A stretch of 64,000 nt of DNA, taken from Octopus vulgaris. Its lineage: Eukaryota. The position numbers and the translations under genes are program-made. The DNA lies in NCBI GenBank assembly GCA_951406725.2, contig OX597818.1:75578001-75642000 (forward strand). Reading direction: 5' to 3'. Shown one piece after another: positions 1 to 11,208 of the stretch (its first letter is position 1; every line of letters starts with the position of its first letter). The notes beneath the pieces are model-generated. The model had not been told where the DNA came from. It did not search any database and saw nothing but the letters and a program-made list of their open reading frames with translations.

Positions 1-312
1 AACCATTTTCAGAAAGAGGTCACCTGTATGACATGTATGAAGTCACGTACAAGCACATTCTAACCTCTTGCCCACTGGTGCACTGTCTCTTCATTCAGCT
101 TGTTCTACCACAATTATCTATAATAACCACAGCTCTGTAACGAAAGATTTTCTCATGCTTCTTTCACTCAGCTATTCTTGATTCGCTCATCTCTCCTCCT
201 TCTCCCATAATCTTCCACGACCGGTATCTGCCACGACTACAATTTTGCTCGGCTTGATGAGTCTTCTTCTGAAGCCCGACATAATGCCAAAGGTCTCGGT
301 CATTGCCTCCAT

Positions 313-420
313 GAGGACCAACACTTGAAAGGAACTCAGCCATTTTGACTCCGTGAGGCCCAACACTCGAAAGGAACTCAGCCACTTTGCCTGTGTGAGG
401 CCTAATGTTCAAAAGATATC
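313..420. repeat. 42-bp tandem repeat (~2.5 copies) beside an RTE fragment
   Basis: Unit GAGGMCCAACACTYGAAAGGAACTCAGCCAYTTTG...; visible as a 14-aa repeat in ORF 164..499. Confidence 0.7.
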
Positions 421-519
421 CTTTACGTGTCACCAGCACGGGTGCACTTGGATTGACGGGTACTCTCAAGCACAGCACATTGCCAAAGGTTTTAGTCACC
501 AGTCATTGCCTCTGCGAGA

Positions 520-900
520 TTTAAAGTTCGATGATCATGCTTCACCACCTCAACCCATGTCTTCTTGGGTCTACCTCTATCACAGTTAAAGATCGGCACT
601 TTTTACTCAGTTCTCCTCGTCCATACGCAAGACATGGCCATATCAGTACAATCGTCTCTCTTGCACACCACATCTGACTTCTCTTATGCCTAACTTTCCT
701 CTCAAGATGCTTACACTCTGTCAAACATACACACTGACATTGCACATCCAGCGAAGCATACTGGCTTCATTTCTCTGAAGCCTACGCATGTCCTCGGCTT
801 TCATAGCCCATGTTTCACTGCCATGCAGCATAGCTGTTCGCACATAGGCATCAAACAATCTGCCTTTCACTCTGAGAGAGAGAGAGAGGCCCTTTGTTGC
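520..900 (-). mobile_element. RTE-clade LINE 3' ORF fragment (degenerate)
   Basis: Reverse complement matches the AMLHGSETWA...RWYGHV region of the element at 12800-13050. Confidence 0.8.
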
Positions 901-921
901 CTGCAGGGATGGGTGCTTTCA

Positions 922-2332
922 TCTATTAGTATATAAAATGGACATGGGCGATCGTTGTATTCTTGTATTCTTTCTTTTGTCTTGAGGTTCACAGCCAAAC
1001 GGCTGGGTGGATTCGCGTGAAAAATGGCACACAGGTGGAGATGGGTCCATAGATTGTGCTGTCGTTTGTATTTTGTCATAGCTCCCATAGTTACCGAAAA
1101 AATCTATTAAAACTTTTTCTAATGGAATTCCCCATTCAAAGGTGTTTGCGCCTGCCATTCAGCCGTGCTTTGGGCGATTTTGATCAAACCAATTTTGTGA
1201 AATAGAGCGGTTTTTTTCTACAAATAGTGGGGAGGTTTGGCTTTTCAAAAATTTCGGTACAAAGGGAAGAAAAAATTAGGATTAAATTTTTTTTACTATT
1301 TTGCGCAAAACTGAGCGTAAAAACGCAGAAAGATTTATCGATTCACATGCAGCGAGAAGTTAGCAATGTATGCAAGCTGCTTCATGTCAAGAGGTGTCAA
1401 TCGATTTTTGTCTTAAGGTTACATGTATGATTGGATACTTATTAAGTCACTTAGCCTGCACAAGTTGAAATTGCTTGATCTGAGGTTCGAATACCAGCAA
1501 GCTCATATGCATTTTGAGCTTATAGGAATTGTAGACTAAAATCAATGTGGGAAAAATAATGAAAAATATTTATGCAACTATTTATGTTATACATTGACTA
1601 AAGTCATCTATTATATAAATTGGACATGGGCGATCGTTGTATTCTTGTCTATACATATAAATTTGACATGGGTGATTCTTTCTTGTCTTGGGATTCACGG
1701 TCAAACGGCTGGGTGGAATTGCGCGAAAAATTACACAGATGTGTAGAATGATCCGGTGGTGATGCTGGGTTTTCTATTTTTAATAGCTTCCATGGTTACC
1801 GAGATAATCGACTATAATAATACTCTTGTGTTTATGAGTGAGAAAGGAAGGGGTGATAGATAAATAAAGAAGGGATGCGTGATGTCATATTTTTTCATAG
1901 CTCCCATGGTTACCTAGATATTCTACAATAATAATACTTGTGTTTATGAATGAGAAAGGAGGGGGTGATAGATGAATAAGGATGGCAGGGGTGATGTCAT
2001 ACTTGGTAGTGGGATGATGAAAATTGTACGCTGAAAAATAAATCAGCGTTTCAACTGTGTGAATATATGTGTGTGTATGTAAAAGGTGGGGTATGTGAAT
2101 GTGTGTGTGTTTGTGTGGGGGGAGCGTGCAATGGAAAGGGAATGGTTCATCTTTGCTTAGTATTTGGGTTTATTTTTTGTTGGTCAGTTATTTTTAGCAT
2201 TTTGACAGAAAAAAGTCATTCTAAAATTGTTTTTTAACTTAAGCGTGTCCAAACAAGTCAAATGCTTACACAGAGCAGATTTTACAGCCACATCATCCAA
2301 ACTGACTGGGTGAAACCAGGCTTAGCTGCTAG
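922..2332 (+). mobile_element. Non-autonomous Helitron with internally repeated 5' ends
   Basis: A|TC 5' end (TCTATTAGTATATAAAATGGACATGGG); 3' subterminal hairpin CTGGGTGAAACCAGG then CTAG|T; the 5' end recurs at 1607 and 1648. Confidence 0.7.
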
Positions 2333-2388
2333 TATATATGTAAGTGTGTGTATGTATATATGTATGTGTATATATATATATATGTGTG

Positions 2389-2451
<63 letters not shown>

Positions 2452-2568
2452 CGAAATTTGCCATGATGATTCGGTTTCTGACTGAATATTGAAGGCTTCG
2501 AATGACTTGTCTGTTTTCCGTGTTCGTCCCTTCATGTATTTCACGTTCTTTATATATAAATTTTTATT

Positions 2569-2623
<55 letters not shown>

Positions 2624-3254
2624 GTATCATGCTGCTAGCCATCTGTCACTGAGGGACCCATTGTCTTGCAGTTCCAGCAGCCTTAGCAGATGATTCTCAT
2701 TTGTCAGTGTTATAATGTGTGCTTTTGTGCTCCTCAAGTCCTTTTGAAAGATCCTCTCAGAGTAAATAACACATTCTTCAGAATGAAAAGTACAACACAA
2801 CTGCAACTACTGAGAGCACTGGATATTTTTTTTAATCAATGGCTACATTCTGTAAGCCTAATTGCCAACATATCAACGAGGAAGCCTTCATGTGGTCACT
2901 TGAAGTGCTAGAAACAGCAGTCAAGTTTCCCTTAAATTACACTGTACTATCTTAGAAAAGGGACAAGTTGTACAATGTGATGTTGGATTCTCTGATCATA
3001 GGGGGAAACTCTAAACAGAATACCCTTGATCTTTGGCTGGAATACCTTTGATCATAGCTCTGTTCAATAAAAGCTGTCTTTGGGTTAAACAACAACAACA
3101 ATAAAAACCAATCCACTGAGCCAACAAGGAAGTCTGCACATAGTTCTTAGTAGAAATAGTAGCTAGGTCGCCTTCAAATCACACCCTACTAGCTTAAGAA
3201 AGGGAAGAAGACATTTGAAAAGGTTGTTGTTAAGCCAGATGTTTTAAGCATCTC

Positions 3255-3970
3255 AGCAGTGATTCCTGATGGGCCGGGGCCTTTTCCTGGTTTCATACCC
3301 TTAATTGCCTTAACTACTAGGGAGCTGTCTATTCAGATAGCTGGTCCCTCTACTGGGTCAACATTTGGCAGGCTCTCCTCCTCCCGTTCATTCTCCACAT
3401 TCAGCAGTCTCTCATAATGGCTTCTCCAAGCCTTTTTCTTTTCAGAAACATTGAAAGCAAGTGCACCATCATCCATGCAGATGCATTTCTCTCCTATGAC
3501 CCTTCTGGCCTCAAGCCTAAAGTCACTAATGAGGGGTACATTCTTCACCCGGGAGGATCTTTGTATTTAAGAGCAACCCTGCATCCTGCTGTCTGGTGAG
3601 GATGAAGTCTATTTGGCTAGCAGAGTCCCCTGACTGATAGGTTTTAAGGTGGCAGTCTGGCTTCCTGAAGTTAGTGTTGCAGATTAAAAGGTTACATGCA
3701 TCACAGAATTCCAGTAGTCTAATTCCCTCATCATTTCTGGTGCTGATACCATGGCCACCGTGTACCCCAGTGAAGGCACCCGATTCCCGCCCAACATGCC
3801 CATTAAAGTCTCCAACCACAAAGATGAGGTCCTTGCCACTCGTCTTTGAGGTAGCCTGTAGAAGGGTATCATAAAAGTGGTCCTTCTGATCATTTGGTAG
3901 CCCCACATTTGGTATCTCCCACATAGGCGGAGATAATCGTAGCTGTGCCGTTCTGTAGGACTAACCTGAG
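3255..3970 (-). mobile_element. RTE LINE fragment: APE endonuclease (VGDFNGHVG, SQIDFIL) joined by deletion to pre-RT region
   Basis: ORFs 3526..3924 and 3333..3548; homologous to 29060-30030. Confidence 0.9.
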
Positions 3971-3977
3971 CTATATA

Positions 3978-4410
3978 TCATCATCATCATCATCATCGTT
4001 TAACATCCGTTTTCCATGCTAGCATGGGTTGGACGGTTCGACTGGGGTCTGGGAAGCCAGAAGGTTGCGCCAGCCCCAGTCTGATCTGGCAGTGTTTCTA
4101 CAGCTTGATGCCCTTCCTAACACCAACCACTCCGTGAGTGTAGTGGGTGTATTTTAGGTGCCACCTGCACAGGTGCCAGACAAAGCTGGCAAACGGCCAC
4201 GATTGGATGGTGCTTTTTACGTGCCACCGGCACAGGGGCCAGACAAGGCTGGCAATGGCCACAATCGGATGGTGCTTTTTACGTGGCACTGGCACAGAAG
4301 CCAGTCGGGGCGGCGCTGGTAATGGCCACGTTCGGATGGTTACCTTATGTGCCACCGGCACTGGTATCACAGCTACAATTTCCATTGATGTTGATCAATT
4401 TCGATTTTGA
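3978..4410 (-). mobile_element. RTE LINE 3' UTR / derived SINE-like repeat with (GAT)n tail
   Basis: Reverse complement matches 13350-13650; many other copies in the window (e.g. 21952-22190, 23620-23858, 53945-54535). Confidence 0.85.
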
Positions 4411-4452
4411 TATATATATATATATATATGGATATATATATATATATGGATA

Positions 4453-5366
4453 TATAATAATAATATTAGGGAATAAATCCAAACTTACAAGGAAAATTAG
4501 ATTTAGGATTAAATCCAATTTTATAGTATAAATATATTATATTATATTATATTAAATTAGAGATAAAACCACTATTAGGCAAATCAAACAGTGAAAAACA
4601 TAAGCCAATACATAAAATTAATTTTAAAATATCTATATATATAAAACTGTAGTTGTGTGAGTGTCTGCCCCCTTCGATTTAGATTCCTAACTACTCCCAC
4701 ATTTTGCGGTGCAGTTTAACCAAATTCGGGTATCTTATAGTCGTGATTCATATCGAGCCCGTCTGGGTATTAGCGCGCGTCTACGATGAGTCTACGATTT
4801 TAAAAATAATTTAACATCATTTTTTATTCCATTTTAATGCATAATTTTTCGTGTGTCGATGGCGGCGGAGTTGGCGTCCACGCTCACACCTGCACCTGTG
4901 TTGCTTTTCCCCCTTCTTCCCTCCCTCGTGAAGCTGTGGGGAAGGGAGTGTAAGGAAATCAACGTCGTAAAGCATTGTCAAGGAGACCAGCGTTCTTTTA
5001 GAACAACGACTTCATGGCTTGAAGACACCAAAACAGAAATGGCTAAGAAAGCGTCTACGATGAGTCTACAATTTAAAAAAAAAATTACCATCATTTTTTC
5101 CTTTTTAATGCATTTTTCGCTATTATATAAGGGAAGTAACTCTCTAAAAATGTCTACGATGAGTCAATGATTAAAAAAAAATTACCATCATTTTTTATTC
5201 CATTTTTAATGCATTTTTCTGCTAATTTTCTTGCTATAACTCTCTAAAAATGTTTATATAGTTATTTCCCTTACAAATCCGAGCAACGCCGGGCAATACT
5301 GCTAGTAAAAGATAAAATTTAAAATTATTTAAATAATTTAAACTTATAAATTTTAAATATATATAT

Positions 5367-5438
<72 letters not shown>

Positions 5439-6511
5439 TTTTATATTTATATATTATTTTATTTATTCATTTTTTTAAAAAATAAATATCAAAAGTATTA
5501 AAAGTTTAATAAAAGATAAAGATTAAAACACTACGATCGTTTCATGGCTGTGCCAATTCGAATAACAATAATTTAAATTCAATTAATAATTCGAGTTATG
5601 GTTACAGTCAATCTTCAGGTTAATTGAAATATTTTTAAAATAATCAGAAATATTTAAACAATATTTTTAAGATATAAATAATATAATAATTTTACTTATA
5701 ATAAACTCTATTATCAAACTAGAAACTTAAAACTTAACAATTAGGATTATATCAAAATCGATTATAATATTAAATATTAATTTTAATTTTTAAGGTAAGA
5801 AACCCACCAATAATCTAATATCGGTAGTAGTTTATATCTAATTACATAAATATTTAAAAAAAAAAAAAGACTATTATATATAAATTATCAATGAAAATAT
5901 ATAAATGTATATAAATATTATAATTAAGATCTAAAATAATCTCTATAAATAAATATATATACACATATAATAAAGACTTAATAAATTAATTTTTCATATT
6001 TAAACATGAAATAGCTAATTACAAAAATACAAACTAACAAACTTAAACGAACTTTCGGAAATCTTATTTAAAATACTTATAGAAATAATCAATTCGTAGT
6101 TATATAGTATCGAATAAATACTATAAATAACTAAGTTATGCTATTAAGTTAGACATGGCCTGGACCAATCTTTGGTCGAAACATATCTAAGTTTATCTAA
6201 TTTTAATTATAAGAAATTTAAAACTACAATTAATACTATTAATACATGTATATACATAAACCTAACTTTAGACAACTCGTATACCTGCTATCAAACAGCA
6301 TATCTATCGCTAAGTAATATCTTACGAATAAACTTAAATTTAATATCTAATAATTATATAGAAAATTACGATAATTAGATCATTACATAAACAACGATAT
6401 TTACATAATAAAAATATTATTCCACCAAAGACTCATAAAATATAAAAAATTTACAATTTAAAGATCTTAAATATAAATAAATACTTATCTTAGCGAGGTT
6501 TAGTAATGAAC
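4453..6511 (-). mobile_element. Extremely AT-rich Penelope-like pseudo-LTR remnant carrying an HHR-like motif; interrupted by a Helitron
   Basis: Abuts (TA)n; minus strand 5624->5525 reads CTGAAGA-long stem II-GAAACGATCGTA. Confidence 0.5.
4632..5305 (+). mobile_element. Non-autonomous Helitron
   Basis: A|TCTATATATATAAAA 5' end; 3' hairpin CCGAGCAACGCCGGG then CTAG|T; inserted between A and T with no TSD. Confidence 0.8.
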
Positions 6512-6696
6512 TCTTGCAACACAAAACACCTCCAGTCTTTGGTCCTCACGGCGCAGAACATTGGCAAATTTTTTCTTATCTGCTTCCCTCTGGCTAGATA
6601 GACCTGTCTCCTAGCTTCCCTTTTGGCAGTCTGATACAATTCCCTGCTAGCACCATTCTTCCAGTCCTTCCAGGCTTGTCTCTTTTCTCTAATAGA

Positions 6697-6753
<57 letters not shown>

Positions 6754-6757
<4 letters not shown>

Positions 6758-7621
6758 AAAAGGTTTGAAAATGCAATTTAAACGATGTTTATTTACTTAA
6801 CCGGTTTCACTCTTTGGTAAAAGATTGTCAAAAGTTACATTTAAGGAAACATTGAATAATATGGGTTCAAAAAAAGTTTTTTACATAATTGTCACATTGA
6901 ATATTATACATTCAAAAAAGTTTTTTACATAATTGTCACATTGGATATTATGAATTCAAAAATGTTTTTTTATACATAATTGTCACATTACATGTATAAA
7001 TATAGTGTTTGGTAACAGAGAAGTTCAATAGTGTGATGAGAATATTTGGGAAAATTTGGCAGAAAAGGATAAAACAAATATATTATTGGGAATTGGTTGC
7101 GTTAATTATTGGTTGTCGCAAATTGTCACATTACATGTATATATATACAATCTTTGGTATATATATACAGCGTTTTGACAGCAAAAATTAAAATGGATTT
7201 TTTGTACATCTCAGAATATTTTAAGTATGTTTTTACTGACCTGTCAGTATTAGCAGAAAGGCTGAACTGAGAGAACAGAAGAAGTAGCCAATGTGGTGTA
7301 TACTTCCCCTTTATGCATGAATGATTTTGGGGTTATCAGGAGGTTAGTATGCGGGTGTGAATAGATGTGTCCGTGCCTGCTGGTCAGATAGCGTCTGTTT
7401 GTCACACACATATATATACACACAAACACACATACACACAACAACACACACACACACACACATAGTATACAAACACACACCACATACAAACAACACACAC
7501 ACACACAGAACACACACACCCACACACAACGCACCCACATATATCACATATACACACAGCACACAAATATAACATGTATCTATATATAACATACACAGAT
7601 ATATAACACACATACACACAC

Positions 7622-7675
<54 letters not shown>

Positions 7676-9102
7676 TACATACATAATATAAATATCACAC
7701 AAATACACCTAGCATATATATACACACATACAATACACACATACAGCATGTAAGTAATATACATACACAATATATGCATGCAATATACATACGCAATACA
7801 TACATATAATATATATATATATAGACAATGCATATACATATATACACATATACATATAAATAGTGTTTACATACACATACATAGATGTACCACATATACA
7901 CACAACACACATACATACAATCCCCTTCAACCTAGCGAGAAGAATCTGCACTATTGTCTCAAATGACACAACACGAAATAGAAGACTCCGGGAACTAAGG
8001 GCAATTCTTCTCGAAAGACATAACCCGGCATCACTAGTAGACAACGGAATAGAACGGGCCAAATCAATCAACATTCAAGACCTTCGAAAACCCAAACACA
8101 TCCACAGTACAGTCAATAGCCTCCTTATCTCTCAACACACAACCCAAGGAATGCAGAAGCTTACACTATTATATACAACAACATTCCACAACTAAATCAA
8201 GACCCACGCCTGAAAAAAATACTGGCAGCTCATAAAATAATAAAAAGTAAGAGACAACCTAAATCCCTAAAAAACCTCCTCACCAACGCAAAATTACACA
8301 ACACAAACCCACCGCCCACCATCAAAAAATGTGGTCGCCCCAACTGTAAGACCTGCATCCACCTCATTGAGGGATCATCGTACAAGTTCCACTCGGGACA
8401 CACATTCATCATAAAAAATAACTTCACGTGCGCATCAAAAAATTTACTCTACATCATAAGGTGTGAAGGATGCCACGAAGACTACATAGGGCAAACGAGC
8501 CTTACCCTCAGAGACAGAATGACAGTTCACCGACAACAACTGAGGGACCCCTCCACAAGACAGATACCACTAAGTGGACACTTAGACCTTTGTGCACACA
8601 ATAAGTCCCCCAAATTCTTAGTCTTCCCACTATACCAATGCTCGGACAACACCACAGACCAAACACGAATAAATAAGGAAAGTAATCTTATTCAAAAATA
8701 CAGACCACAACTAAACATACTCTAACATACCCCCTGGAAGCACATCCAGAGCAAGCACACAGGGACGCGCGCACGCTCACAGCATATCGTGCGGGCGGGC
8801 ACATGCGCGCATCGGCACGCATAGGACACACTAGCGGGCATTGACCGCACACATACGTGGCATGCACACACATGCATTATATATATGTAGGTGATGTATG
8901 TGTGTGAGTGTTGTGTGTGTGTGTGTGTGTGCACTGTGTGCGTGTGTGTGTATATGTGTGTGTGCGCGCGTTGTGTGTGTGTGTGTGTGTGCACGTGTGT
9001 ATATATGTGTGTGTGTGTGTGCACTGTGTGCGGGTGTGTGTGTATGTGTGTGTGTGTGTGTGTGTGTATGTGTACGTGTGTATGTATTTACATATGTATC
9101 TG

Positions 9103-9140
<38 letters not shown>

Positions 9141-9943
9141 GTGTGTGTGTTGTGTGTGTATATGCATGGTATGTGTGTATATGTTAGTACTTTGTTTGTG
9201 TGTGTGTGCGGCATGTAGAGATATATTTGAGTGTGTACGCTATAGGTTTGTAATTTGTGTGTGTGGGGGGGGTGAATTTTTTATATATATATATGTGTGT
9301 GTATGTGTGTGAAAAAATATATGTATGTGCATGTATGTATGTATGTATGTGTGTATATATATATATATATATATGTGTATATATATGTGTGTGTGTGTAT
9401 ATTTATTTGCATGTTTATGTGTGTACATGTACATTATTTGCATGCGCATTGTGTATATGTATATTGTATGTATGTGTATTGTATATGTACGTGTACAATT
9501 AAGTGTATATATTTGTGTGTATGTGTGCACTGTATATATGTATATTGTAGGTGTGCTATATATGCATGAATACATGTATATGCATTGCGTGTATATATAT
9601 GTATGCATTGTGTGTGTATGTATGTTATGTGTGTGTGTGTGTGTGTGTATATATATTATATGTATGCGTACGTGTATGTGTATGCATTGTATGTATGTGT
9701 GTTGTGTGTATATGTGGTACATCTATGTATGTGTATGTAAACACTATTTATATGTATATGTGTATATATGTATATGCATTGTCTATATATATATATATTA
9801 TATGTATGTATTGCGTATGTATATTGCATGCATATATTGTGTATGTATATTACTTACATGCTGTATGTGTGTATTGTATGTGTGTATATATATGCTAGGT
9901 GTATTTGTGTGATATTTATATTATGTATGTATGTGTGCGTGTG

Positions 9944-10004
<61 letters not shown>

Positions 10005-10893
10005 TTATATATCTGTGTATGTTATATATAGATACATGTTATATTTGTGTGCTGTGTGTATATGTGATATATGTGGGTGCGTTGTGTGTGGGTGTGTGTG
10101 TTCTGTGTGTGTGTGTGTTGTTTGTATGTGGTGTGTGTTTGTATACTATGTGTGTGTGTGTGTGTGTTGTTGTGTGTATGTGTGTTTGTGTGTATATATA
10201 TGTGTGTGACAAACAGACGCTATCTGACCAGCAGGCACGGACACATCTATTCACACCCGCATACTAACCTCCTGATAACCCCAAAATCATTCATGCATAA
10301 AGGGGAAGTATACACCACATTGGCTACTTCTTCTGTTCTCTCAGTTCAGCCTTTCTGCTAATACTGACAGGTCAGTAAAAACATACTTAAAATATTCTGA
10401 GATGTACAAAAAATCCATTTTAATTTTTGCTGTCAAAACGCTGTATATATATACCAAAGATTGTATATATATACATGTAATGTGACAATTTGCGACAACC
10501 AATAATTAACGCAACCAATTCCCAATAATATATTTGTTTTATCCTTTTCTGCCAAATTTTCCCAAATATTCTCATCACACTATTGAACTTCTCTGTTACC
10601 AAACACTATATTTATACATGTAATGTGACAATTATGTATAAAAAAACATTTTTGAATTCATAATATCCAATGTGACAATTATGTAAAAAACTTTTTTGAA
10701 TGTATAATATTCAATGTGACAATTATGTAAAAAACTTTTTTGAACCCATATTATTCAATGTTTCCTTAAATGTAACTTTTGACAATCTTTTACCAAAGAG
10801 TGAAACCGGTTAAGTAAATAAACATCGTTTAAATTGCATTTTCAAACCTTTTTTCTTATATAATCCCACTCGTGCGATACCCCACAACTCAAC

Positions 10894-10898
<5 letters not shown>
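6754..10898 (+). mobile_element. 5'-truncated Penelope-like retroelement (Neptune-type) with inverted pseudo-LTR copy
   Basis: Near-identical inverted arms 6754-7921 and 9686-10856; ~40-nt tail only on the right copy (10857-10898); (TA)n on both sides; RT-thumb/GIY-YIG coding remnant between the arms. Confidence 0.85.
7920..8725 (+). pseudogene. Penelope-like ORF C-terminus: RT thumb, Cys-rich linker, GIY-YIG endonuclease (one frameshift ~8110-8125)
   Basis: IPFNLARRICTIVS; linker KCGRPNCKTC; NLLYIIRCEGCHEDYIGQT...RMTVH...GHL...KE...PQLN* (CCHH and GIY-YIG pattern). Confidence 0.88.
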
Positions 10899-10948
<50 letters not shown>

Positions 10949-11044
10949 ATATATATATCTATATATATATATATCCATATATATATATATCCATATATAT
11001 ATATATATATCTATATATCCATATATCTTTATATATCTATATAT

Positions 11045-11088
<44 letters not shown>

Positions 11089-11156
11089 ATATATAGATAT
11101 GTATATATATATATGGATATATATATATGGATATATATATATATAGATATATATAT

Positions 11157-11205
<49 letters not shown>

Positions 11206-11208
<3 letters not shown>

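Noticed and set aside
7920-8725. Naiad-type selenoprotein Penelope
   Set aside because: The endonuclease is C-terminal, and the cysteines are encoded by TGT/TGC with no in-frame TGA.
7250-10361. Many ORFs rich in CVCV/YIYI/HTHT
   Set aside because: Translations of TG/TA/CA microsatellite-like sequence; open in several frames on both strands; not genes.
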